From NCBI GenBank assembly GCA_044866005.1, contig JBIOTN010000074.1, positions 1-23,639 of the forward strand: DNA of 23,639 nt. Reading direction: 5' to 3'. The notes beneath the pieces are model-generated. The model did not search any database. It saw nothing but the letters and a program-made list of their open reading frames with translations, and was not told where the DNA came from. The translations under genes were made by a program, and so were the position numbers. Position 1 is the stretch's first letter. Every line of letters starts with the position of its first letter. Source of the stretch: Candidatus Rokuibacteriota bacterium. GTDB taxonomy: Bacteria; Methylomirabilota; Methylomirabilia; Rokubacteriales; DASRDR01. Below are positions 1-7,754 of this stretch, in pieces.

Positions 1-2
1 GC

Positions 3-704
3 GTGGACGACGCGGGGACCCTCCTCTTCGTCTACGAAGGGTGCGTCTTCCGCCTCGGCGACGGGGCCCAGGCGCCGAAGGCGGGCTCGCTCTTCCTGCT
101 GCGACACCTCGACGTCCGCGACGGCGACCAGGTGCTCGACCTCGGGACCGGCGCCGGCTTCGTCGCCGTCCTGGCGGCGCGCCGCGCCAAGCGCGTCGTC
201 GCCACGGACGTCGTGCCCGGGTGTCTGGCCATGGCCGCGCAGAACGTCGCCCTGAACGGCCTCGGCGACCGGGTGGAGACGCGACTCGGAGACTGCTACG
301 ACCCGGTGCGCGGCGAGCGGTTCGACCTGATCGTCTCGGGGCCGCCCCAGATGCCGACGCCGCCGGACCGGGAGCGGGACGACTGGATGGCCCGCGCCGA
401 CAACGGCGGCGTGGACGGCTGGGCGCTGCTGGACCGGCTGATCGCCGGGGCGAGCGAGCACCTCCACCCGGGCGGGCGGCTCTGCTTCTCGCTCTTCGCG
501 TTCCTCGGGGAGCGGAAGGCGCTTCAGAAGCTCGAGGCGGCGGGCCTCGTTCCGCGCGTCGCCGCCCGCGAGACCGAGCCCTTCCCCCGGCTCGGCTACG
601 AGCGCCTCGAGCACCTCCGGCGGGTGGACGTCGAGGGGACGCTCCCCGGCGGCGTGCCCCGGACCGTCGAGCGCCTCCTCCTCGAGGGACGCCGGGCACG
701 GTGA
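3..704 (+). CDS. Class I SAM-dependent methyltransferase (HemK/HemK2-like); may be 5'-partial at the window edge
   Basis: Motif I VLDLGTGAG, acidic residue after beta2 (VATD), and FDLIVSGPPQ at the NPPY position. The TGA stop overlaps the next GTG start (GTGA 701-704). Confidence 0.85.
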   Translation: MDDAGTLLFVYEGCVFRLGDGAQAPKAGSLFLLRHLDVRDGDQVLDLGTGAGFVAVLAARRAKRVVATDVVPGCLAMAAQNVALNGLGDRVETRLGDCYDPVRGERFDLIVSGPPQMPTPPDRERDDWMARADNGGVDGWALLDRLIAGASEHLHPGGRLCFSLFAFLGERKALQKLEAAGLVPRVAARETEPFPRLGYERLEHLRRVDVEGTLPGGVPRTVERLLLEGRRAR

Positions 705-1498
705 CCGCGAGCGCCGTCGGGTCGGCCGGCGCGACGCGGGTCCTGGTCGTCAACGCGGACGACTTCGGGCTCACCGCCGGCGTCAGCCGCGGGATCCTCG
801 ACGCCCACCGCCGCGGGATCGTCACGAGCAGCACGGTGCTGGCCTCGTTGCCGTCCCAGCCGGAGCTCGACGCCGAGGCGGCCGCGCTCGCGGCGCTCGG
901 CCTCGGCCTGCACGTGAACCTCACGTGGGGCGCCCCGGTCTCGCCGCCGGCCGCCGTGCCGTCGCTCGTCGACGAGGCGGGCCGGTTCCACCGCGACCTC
1001 GAGCTGGTGGCGGCGCGGGCGCGGGCCGACGAGGTCCGGCGCGAGGTCGACGCGCAGGTCGAGACCTTCACCCGACGGTTCGGCCGGCCGCCCACGCACC
1101 TCGACAGCCACCACCACGTCCACCGCCGGGTGCCGCGGGTCGGCGACGCCGTGCTCGACGTGGCGCTCGACGCGCGCCTGCCGCTCCGCAGCCAGGACGC
1201 GGGCTTCCGCGAGGGGGTCAGGCGGCGGGGGGTCCGGACGCCGGATCAGTTCCTCGGCGAGGACAGCGTCGAGCCGTACTGGACCGCCGCGCGGCTGCTC
1301 GACGCGCTGGCCGCCCTGCCGGTGGGCGTCACCGAGCTCATGTGCCACCCCGGCCGGTACGACGAGGCTCTCGCCTACAGCCGTTACGGCCGTCAGCGGG
1401 AGACGGAGCTCCAGGCGCTCTGCGAGCCCGAGGTCCGGGCGACCGTCGAGCGGCTCGGCATCGCGCTCCGTCACTTCGGGACGCTGCCGGCGTCGTGA
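701..1498 (+). CDS. ChbG/HpnK (YdjC) family carbohydrate deacetylase, 265 aa
   Basis: VVNADDFG, GLHVNL, PTHLDSHHHVH and TELMCHPG motifs. GTG 701 is in frame with track ORF 41..1498 and overlaps the upstream stop. Confidence 0.92.
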   Translation: MTASAVGSAGATRVLVVNADDFGLTAGVSRGILDAHRRGIVTSSTVLASLPSQPELDAEAAALAALGLGLHVNLTWGAPVSPPAAVPSLVDEAGRFHRDLELVAARARADEVRREVDAQVETFTRRFGRPPTHLDSHHHVHRRVPRVGDAVLDVALDARLPLRSQDAGFREGVRRRGVRTPDQFLGEDSVEPYWTAARLLDALAALPVGVTELMCHPGRYDEALAYSRYGRQRETELQALCEPEVRATVERLGIALRHFGTLPAS

Positions 1499-2493
1499 GC
1501 CTCGCCGGCTCGGTGCTGGGCGCCGACGTCGGCGGGACGACGATCGGCGTCGGCCTCGTCTCCGGGGACGGCGAGGTGCGCCTGGCCGAGGAAGCGGCCA
1601 CGCTGGGCGGCGGCGCCGGCTCGGTGGTGGAGACGCTCCTCGCGCTCCTCCTCCGCGCGCAGGCCCGCGGGGCTGCGGCCGGGATCGCGCTCGCCGGCTG
1701 CGGCATCGGGGTTCCGGGCCCGGTGGACGTCGCGACGGGCCGGCTCGGCCGCGACGTCCAGAACCTGCCGGAGCTGGCGGGGTGCCCGCTCGCCGAGCTC
1801 GTCACCGCCCGCACGGGCCTTCCGACCGTCGTCGACAACGACGTCAACGCGCTGGCCCTCGGCGAGGCCCGGTTCGGGGTGGCGCGCGGGCTCCGGGCGT
1901 TCGTCCTCCTGGCGCTCGGGACCGGGGTCGGCGGCGGCATCTACCTCGACGGGGACCTCGTGCGCGGCGCCTCCGGCTACGGGGGCGAGATCGGCCATGC
2001 CACGGTGGCCTTCGACGGCCGCCCGTGCTTCTGCGGCAGCCGCGGGTGCCTCAAGGCCTACGTGGCCGGCCCGGACATCGCCGCCCAGGCCCGCGAGGCG
2101 CTCGCGGCCGGCGGAGCGCCACCGGCCTCCCCGCTCGCCGCGCTCGCGGGCGGCGACCCGCAGGGGCTCGCCGCGCGCCACGTCTTCGAGGCGGCCGCGG
2201 CGGGCGACCCGCTGGCCGGGGCGGTCGTCGAGCAGGTCTGCCGTGCTCTCGGGGCCGCCCTCGGCGGCCTCCTCAACACGTTCAACCCCGAGGCGATCGT
2301 CCTCGCGGGCGGGGTCGCGCGGTCGCTCGAGGCGCACCTGGACGCCGTGCTCCACTGGACGCGCGCCTACGCCCTCGAGGGCGCCTACCGGGCCGCGAAG
2401 GTGCTCGTCGTCCGCCTGACCAAGACGACCGCGATCCGCGGTCCCGCCGCGCTCTTTCACCACGAAGCCGCTCGCCGCGCCCGCGCCGGCTGA
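1495..2493 (+). CDS. ROK family sugar kinase (glucokinase-like), 332 aa
   Basis: ADVGGT ATP motif, GIGVPG, DNDVN, LGTGVGGG, GEIGH and Zn motif CFCGSRGC. No N-terminal HTH. GTG 1495 overlaps the upstream TGA. Confidence 0.92.
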   Translation: MSLAGSVLGADVGGTTIGVGLVSGDGEVRLAEEAATLGGGAGSVVETLLALLLRAQARGAAAGIALAGCGIGVPGPVDVATGRLGRDVQNLPELAGCPLAELVTARTGLPTVVDNDVNALALGEARFGVARGLRAFVLLALGTGVGGGIYLDGDLVRGASGYGGEIGHATVAFDGRPCFCGSRGCLKAYVAGPDIAAQAREALAAGGAPPASPLAALAGGDPQGLAARHVFEAAAAGDPLAGAVVEQVCRALGAALGGLLNTFNPEAIVLAGGVARSLEAHLDAVLHWTRAYALEGAYRAAKVLVVRLTKTTAIRGPAALFHHEAARRARAG

Positions 2494-2555
2494 GCCGCGC
2501 GCGACGGCCCGACCGGGCCGCAGCGCGGCGCCCGGCGGGCCGATGCGCCGACTCG

Positions 2556-2564
2556 TGCGACAAT
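2556..2564 (+). promoter_or_regulatory. Extended -10 element (TGc-GACAAT), probable leaderless promoter
   Basis: Lies 6 nt upstream of ATG 2571, with no SD sequence in between. Confidence 0.5.
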
Positions 2565-2570
2565 GGGCCG

Positions 2571-5474
2571 ATGACGGAGAGCCGCGTCGCCAACGGAAAG
2601 GCGGGGAGCGACCTCGAGCGCGAGCTCCGACGCGTCGTGGCGGGCGAGGTGCGCTTCGACGACATGACGCGCCTCCTCTACGCGACCGACGCGTCGATGT
2701 ACCAGATCGAGCCCATCGGCGTCGTCCTGCCGCGGTCGGCCGACGACGTCCACGCGGTCCTCGAGCTCGCCAACCGCTACAACGTCCCCGTCCTGCCGCG
2801 GGGCGGCGGCACGAGCCTCGCCGGCCAGACGGTGAACCACGCGGTGGTGCTCGACTTCTCCAAGTTCATGAACCGGGTCCTCGAGGTCAACCAGGAGGAG
2901 CGCTGGTGCCGGGTCCAGCCGGGGCTCGTCCAGGACGAGCTGAACGCCCACGTCCGGCCGTTCGGGCTGCTCTTCGGGCCCGATACGTCCACCTCGAACC
3001 GCGCGACGCTCGGCGGCATGTCCGGGAACAACTCCGCCGGCTCCCACTCCATCGCCTACGGCAAGACCCTCGACCACGTCCTCGAGCTCCGGTGCCTCCT
3101 GGCCGACGGCTCCGAGGTCGTGCTCCGTGACCTCACGCCGGCCGAGCTCGAGGCGAGGTGCCGGGGCAACGGCCTCGAGGGGCAGATCTACCGGGAGGTC
3201 GGGCGGCTCGTCTCGGAGCACGCCGACGAGATCCGCACGCGCTATCCGAAGATCATGCGCCGCGTCTCCGGCTACAACCTCGACGAGTTCGTCCCGCGCG
3301 AGGGGACACGCCGGCCGTTCGGGCTCCAGCGCCTCGCCGTGGGGTCGGAAGGGACGCTGGTCGTGGTCGTCGAGCTCACGGTCCGGCTCGTGCCACGCCC
3401 GAAGCACACGGCGCTCGACGTCGTCCATTACGGGAGCCTGGAGGCCGCGCTCGACTCCTCCCAGGAGATCCTCACGACGGGCCCGTACGCGGTCGAGCTG
3501 ACCGACAAGCTGATCCTGGACCTGGCCCGCGGCAACATCGAGCAGCGGCAGCGGATGGGCTTCGTGCAGGGCGACCCCGCCGCGATCATGATCGTCGAGT
3601 ACGCCGGCGAGACGGCGGCCGAGGTCCGTGCGAAGGTGGAGGCGCTCGAGGCCCTCCGCGGGCGGAGGCGCATCGGCTACGCGGCGCACCTGGCCTTCGA
3701 GCCGGCGGAGCAGCAGTCCATCTGGAAGCTCCGCAAGGCGGGGCTCGGGCTGCTGCTCGGGCTCAAGGGCGACCGCAAGCCGATCGCCTTCGTCGAGGAC
3801 ACGGCCGTGGAGCCGGCGAAGCTTCCGGCCTTCATCGCCCGCTTCCGCGAGATCCTGGCGCGCCACGACGCCAGCGCCGGCTACTACGGGCACTGCTCGG
3901 TGGGCTGCCTCCACATCCGCCCCCTCATCAACCTCAAGGACGCCGCCGAGATCCGGAAGATGCGCGCCATCGCCGAAGAGATCACGGCCCTCGTCCTCGA
4001 GTCCGGCGGCGCGCTGTCCGGCGAGCACGGCGACGGTCGCGCGCGGAGCCCCTTCAACGAGACGCTCTACGGGCCGCGTCTCTACGACGCCTTCCGGCAG
4101 GTCAAGCGGGCCTTCGACCCGAAGGGGCTCCTGAACCCCGGCAACATCGTGGACGCGCCGCCCATGACCGAGCACCTCCGCTACGGCGCGGCGTACCGGA
4201 CGTGGGAGCCGCCGACGCTCCTCGACTTCTCGGCGCAGGGCGGCTTCGCCGCCGCCGTGGAGATGTGCAACGGCATCGGGGTCTGCCGGAAGAAGCTCGA
4301 GGGGACGATGTGTCCGTCCTACATGGCGACGCTCGACGAGGAACACTCCACGCGCGGGCGGGCCAACGCGCTGCGCGCCGTCCTCTCCGGGAAGGTCCCC
4401 GCCGCCGAGTTCGCGGGACGGCGCCTCTACGACGTGCTCGATCTCTGCCTGGAGTGCAAGGCCTGCAAGGCCGAGTGCCCCGCGAACGTGGACATGGCGA
4501 AGCTCAAGTACGAGTTCCTCGCCCACTACTACCGCACCCACGGGCTTCCCATCCGGAATCGTCTCTTCGGCCGGATTCACACCCTTGCGCGCCTCGGTGC
4601 GGCGCTGGCCCCGCTCTCGAACTGGGTCGCCCGCTCCCGGCCGAACCGCTGGCTGCTCGAGCGCGTGGCCGGCATCGACCGGCGCCGTCCGCTGCCGGCC
4701 TTCGCCCGGACCCCGTTCACCGCCTGGTTCGCCCGCCATCGTTCCGGCGGAACCGGGGCGCGCGGCCCGGTCGTCCTCTTCCACGACACCTTCAACACCT
4801 ACCAGACGCCGGAGGTCGCCGTTGCGGCGACGCGGCTCCTGGAGGCCTCGGGGTACCGGGTCCTGCTCCCCGCGCGCCGGTGCTGCGGGCGCCCGATGAT
4901 CTCGAAGGGCATGCTCGCCGACGCGCGCGACGCGGCGGCGGCGAACGTGGGGGCCCTCGTCGGCTTCGCCCGGGAGGGGACGCCGATCGTCGGGCTGGAG
5001 CCCTCGTGTCTGCTGACCCTCCGCGACGAGTACGTGGACCTGCTCCGGTCCGAAGACGCCCGGCTCGTGGCCCGCGGGAGCTTCCTCCTCGAGGAGTTTC
5101 TCCAGCGGGAGTGGGCGGTGCGGGGTCGGCCCGCCGTCGCCGGGCGAGGCAAGGTGCTCCTCCACGGCCACTGCCACCAGCGAGCGCTCTCCGGGACGGG
5201 GCCGACCGTCGCGGTCCTCCAGGCGGCCGGGTACGAGGTGAGCGAGGTGGACTCCGGCTGTTGCGGGATGGCCGGCTCGTTCGGATTCGAGCGCGAGCAC
5301 TACGACCTCTCGCTCGCGATCGCGGGGCGACGGCTCGTGCCGGCGGTGACCGGGGCCGCCCCCGACGTGGCGGTGTGCGCGCCCGGCATCTCCTGCCGGC
5401 AGCAGATCGAGCACACCACGCGCCGCCGCGCGAAGCATCCGGCCGAGCTGCTCTGGGACGCGATCGCCCGCTGA
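2571..5474 (+). CDS. FAD-binding and 4Fe-4S/CCG-domain oxidoreductase (YdiJ / GlcD-GlcF fusion type, D-2-hydroxyacid dehydrogenase-like), 967 aa
   Basis: PRGGGTSLAGQ FAD motif, SGEHGDG, CNGIGVC...CP, CLECKACKAECP and two CCG motifs (RCCGRP, GCCGMAG). ATG 2571 is in frame with track ORF 1782..5474. Confidence 0.93.
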   Translation: MTESRVANGKAGSDLERELRRVVAGEVRFDDMTRLLYATDASMYQIEPIGVVLPRSADDVHAVLELANRYNVPVLPRGGGTSLAGQTVNHAVVLDFSKFMNRVLEVNQEERWCRVQPGLVQDELNAHVRPFGLLFGPDTSTSNRATLGGMSGNNSAGSHSIAYGKTLDHVLELRCLLADGSEVVLRDLTPAELEARCRGNGLEGQIYREVGRLVSEHADEIRTRYPKIMRRVSGYNLDEFVPREGTRRPFGLQRLAVGSEGTLVVVVELTVRLVPRPKHTALDVVHYGSLEAALDSSQEILTTGPYAVELTDKLILDLARGNIEQRQRMGFVQGDPAAIMIVEYAGETAAEVRAKVEALEALRGRRRIGYAAHLAFEPAEQQSIWKLRKAGLGLLLGLKGDRKPIAFVEDTAVEPAKLPAFIARFREILARHDASAGYYGHCSVGCLHIRPLINLKDAAEIRKMRAIAEEITALVLESGGALSGEHGDGRARSPFNETLYGPRLYDAFRQVKRAFDPKGLLNPGNIVDAPPMTEHLRYGAAYRTWEPPTLLDFSAQGGFAAAVEMCNGIGVCRKKLEGTMCPSYMATLDEEHSTRGRANALRAVLSGKVPAAEFAGRRLYDVLDLCLECKACKAECPANVDMAKLKYEFLAHYYRTHGLPIRNRLFGRIHTLARLGAALAPLSNWVARSRPNRWLLERVAGIDRRRPLPAFARTPFTAWFARHRSGGTGARGPVVLFHDTFNTYQTPEVAVAATRLLEASGYRVLLPARRCCGRPMISKGMLADARDAAAANVGALVGFAREGTPIVGLEPSCLLTLRDEYVDLLRSEDARLVARGSFLLEEFLQREWAVRGRPAVAGRGKVLLHGHCHQRALSGTGPTVAVLQAAGYEVSEVDSGCCGMAGSFGFEREHYDLSLAIAGRRLVPAVTGAAPDVAVCAPGISCRQQIEHTTRRRAKHPAELLWDAIAR

Positions 5475-5600
5475 GCCGCTCGTCCGCCGGCCGCCGCCGC
5501 GGGTCCCGTGGCCCCGTGAATTGCCCGTCCGCCGGCCGCCGCGGGTCCTGTCGCCCCATGAACTGCTCGTCCGTCGGCCGCCGCCGCGGGTCCTGTCGCC
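5472..5600. repeat. Three degenerate tandem copies of a 42-45 bp unit
   Basis: Units 5472-5516, 5517-5558 and 5559-5600 share tga..gc(t/c)cgtccg(c/t)cggccgccg(ccg)cgggtcc(c/t)gt(g/c)gcc. Confidence 0.85.
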
Positions 5601-5630
5601 GGCTTGCCCCGGTCCGGCCGGGCTCCGTCA

Positions 5631-5683
5631 CCCGTTCGCGCCCTCCCGCGGTTCTGACGAACCGCGAGAGGAGCGCGAAGGGG
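5631..5683. other. Long imperfect intergenic hairpin (possible terminator or mRNA stabiliser)
   Basis: Core CGCGGTTC-TGAC-GAACCGCG (5647-5666), extended by TTCGCG/CGCGAA (5635-5640 / 5674-5679). No clear U-tract. Confidence 0.5.
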
Positions 5684-5745
5684 TCCCACTTGGCCCGGCC
5701 GGCTGCGGGGCGCCGCCGGCGCCACCCGCGGCGACGGCTACCCGC

Positions 5746-6489
5746 GTGAGTTTCGGGTTCGCCTGGGCCGCAGGCCTCGTCGGGCTGATCGTCGCGGCGT
5801 TCGTCAAGGGCGCGATCGGCTTCGGCTTCCCCACCGTCGCCACGCCGCTCCTGGCGCTCGCCACCGACGTGCGGACGGCGGTGGTCGTGCTCCTGCTGCC
5901 CAACATCGTCATGGACGGCATCCAGATCGTCCGCCGTCCCGGGCTCGGCGCCGCGGTGCGACGCCATGCCCCCCTCCTCGGGGCCGGTGTGGTCGGCACC
6001 GTCGTCGGCACGCAGTTCCTGGCCTGGGTCTCCCCGCGCGGTCTGCTGGTCGCCCTGGGGACGGTGATCCTGGCCTTCGTCCTGGTCTCGCTCGCGCGGC
6101 CGGCCTGGCGGCTGCCGGCCCGGCTGGAGAGGCCGCTCGCTCCGGTCGTGGGGCTGGTGGCGGGCACGCTCGGCGGGATCACCAACGTGTTCGCGCTCCC
6201 GCTGGCGCCGTACCTCTACGCGCTGGGCCTGCCCAAGGCCGAGTTCGTCCGCGCCATCGCGTGCGCCTTCCTGACCTTCAAGCTGACGCAGTTCGGCGCG
6301 GTCTGGCAGGTGGGGTTGCTGAACACGCGCCTCCTCGGCTTCTCGCTCGCCGCCACGGCCGTCACCCTGGTGGCGTTCGCGGGCGGGCTCCGCGCTCAGG
6401 ACCGCGTCCGTCCCGAGACGTTCAACCGCGTGGTGCTGGGGTTCCTCGCGTTGGTGAGCGCGGCGATGCTCCTGCGCGCGGTCTGGTAG
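5746..6489 (+). CDS. Sulfite exporter TauE/SafE family permease, 247 aa
   Basis: AAFVKGAIGFGF, a second GLVAGTLGG repeat, about 8 hydrophobic segments and a C-terminal F.R.VL.FL pattern. The GTG 5746 start is inferred from where the hydrophobic sequence begins. Confidence 0.85.
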   Translation: MSFGFAWAAGLVGLIVAAFVKGAIGFGFPTVATPLLALATDVRTAVVVLLLPNIVMDGIQIVRRPGLGAAVRRHAPLLGAGVVGTVVGTQFLAWVSPRGLLVALGTVILAFVLVSLARPAWRLPARLERPLAPVVGLVAGTLGGITNVFALPLAPYLYALGLPKAEFVRAIACAFLTFKLTQFGAVWQVGLLNTRLLGFSLAATAVTLVAFAGGLRAQDRVRPETFNRVVLGFLALVSAAMLLRAVW

Positions 6490-6526
6490 CCGTGTGGGGA
6501 GCGGCGGTGACGCCCGGCTCCGTGCC

Positions 6527-6556
6527 TTGCCGTGGCGACGGCCCGGACGCTAAGAT
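6527..6556 (+). promoter_or_regulatory. sigma70-type promoter TTGCCG-N18-TAAGAT, probably leaderless
   Basis: The -10 box (6551-6556) ends 8 nt before ATG 6565. Confidence 0.55.
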
Positions 6557-6564
6557 GGCGCGGG

Positions 6565-6834
6565 ATGGACAAGCTGTCCGACCTCTACTGGGAGCTTCAG
6601 GCGGACCAGGAACCGATCGGCCTCGAGGAGTTCGTCAGCCGGGCGGCGGGCGGCGAGTACGGGCCGGTGACGCGCGAGGACCTCTGTGACTTCCTCCGCG
6701 CGGTGGAGGCGCGGCTCGTCCGCCGGATCGAGGGAGCGGAGGTCACGGCCCACGATGCGGCCGCCCGCGAGGACCTCGTCGAGGAGACGCGCGGCTGGAT
6801 CGAGGACCTGATCACGAGGGTGTGCGAGTCCTGA
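6565..6834 (+). CDS. Small acidic helical hypothetical protein, 89 aa
   Basis: MDKLSDLYWELQADQEPIGLEEFV... has protein-like composition, GC3-biased codons and an upstream promoter. Confidence 0.75.
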   Translation: MDKLSDLYWELQADQEPIGLEEFVSRAAGGEYGPVTREDLCDFLRAVEARLVRRIEGAEVTAHDAAAREDLVEETRGWIEDLITRVCES

Positions 6835-6973
6835 GCGGGAGTCGCGCGGGCCGCGCGCGCCTCGGCTCGCCCCCCCCGACCCTCCCCGGCCCTGATCGAG
6901 GCCCTGCCCGCCACGGCCGCCGGGCTCGTCCCGCGCGCGCCGAGATGCGACGGGCATCGGCCCGGCAGGCGGG

Positions 6974-7723
6974 TTACCAGACCTCGGCCGGCAACGGCAA
7001 CCCCTCGAAATCCGCGGCGGTGAGCGGCCGGTCCGGGGTGACGCCCATCCGCTCGAGAAACGCGTAGAGCTGGCGGAGGTGCTGGGCGGCGTGCCAGGTC
7101 GTCCGCTCCAGCAGCTCGTGGCCCGTCTGCCGTCCGTAGTACGTCTCGACGGCGCCGGCGGTGGCGGCGGGCCGGGCCAGCCAGCCGGCGAGGCGCTCGC
7201 GCACCGCGTCGCCATACCGGGCGATCGCCGGCCCGTCGGCCAGCTCGGGCGGCGCCAGCTCCTGGAGCCACGCCTCGGGGAGGCGGCCTTCGGTCATCGC
7301 GTCGCCGAAGGCCAGGCTCAGCCGGAAGAGGTGGTAGCCGAGCTGACGCACCGACCGGTCGCGTCCGGGCCAGGTCATGGCGAGATGCTCCGGCGGGACC
7401 TGGCGCATCGCGCGCTGGCTCGCGGCGAGGATCCGGTCGAGGCGCGCGGCGAGCTCCCCGGCCGAGAGGCGGCCCGACTCCCGGTACGCCACCCCGACCA
7501 GCTCGGCGACGGCGGTCGGGTTCCAGCCGTGGACGGCGCGGTCGCCCACGACGACGGCCGGCACGAGGTGGATTCCGAACCGCTCGAGGTCGCGCCGCGC
7601 GGCCGGCGCCGCCTCGACGTCGATGGCCTGGAAGGCCACCCCCCAGGACGCGAGCAACTCTCGCGTCTTGCTGCAGGAGCTTCAGCCGGGGCGGTGGTAG
7701 AGCCGGACACGCGGGTCCGCCAT
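6974..7723 (-). CDS. Predicted selenoprotein: glutaredoxin/NrdH-like domain (UxxC) fused to a DinB-family domain, 249 aa with Sec14
   Basis: Manual translation from ATG 7723 gives MADPRVRLYHRPG-(TGA)-SSCSKTRELLASWG..., in frame with track ORF 6974..7657. SD GGAGG lies 8 nt upstream. Grx cis-Pro segment LVPAVVVG; DinB His triad GYHL...WHAAQH; SECIS-like hairpin downstream of the TGA. Confidence 0.85.
7647..7667 (-). promoter_or_regulatory. Putative bacterial SECIS element
   Basis: On the mRNA, GACGCGAG-AGUUG-CUCGCGUC forms a perfect 8-bp stem starting 14 nt after the UGA (7684-7682). The loop starts 22 nt after the UGA and has G at loop position 2. Confidence 0.7.
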
Positions 7724-7754
7724 CCGTCGATCCTCCTCGCGCGCAGGGCTGGCG

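Noticed and set aside
41..700. Long N-terminal extensions of track ORFs (41, 925, 1782, 5521, 13142, 13690, 21130 and others)
   Set aside because: These are Arg/Pro/Gly-rich shadow translations overlapping real genes. Family motifs begin only at the downstream starts I report.
2457..5438. 993-aa antisense ORF, and similar ones (7824..9926, 10242..13148, 15854..19117)
   Set aside because: They mirror real genes on the opposite strand. Stop codons are scarce at this GC level and no domain motifs are present.
5472..5600. Possible CRISPR array
   Set aside because: The units are contiguous and degenerate, with no unique spacers and no cas genes.
7682..7684. TGA as a pseudogene-causing nonsense mutation or as genetic-code reassignment
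   Set aside because: TGA is used as a normal stop by many genes here, so reassignment is unlikely. Its position in the CxxC motif, the intact downstream frame and the adjacent hairpin favour Sec, although a nonsense mutation cannot be excluded without selABCD data.
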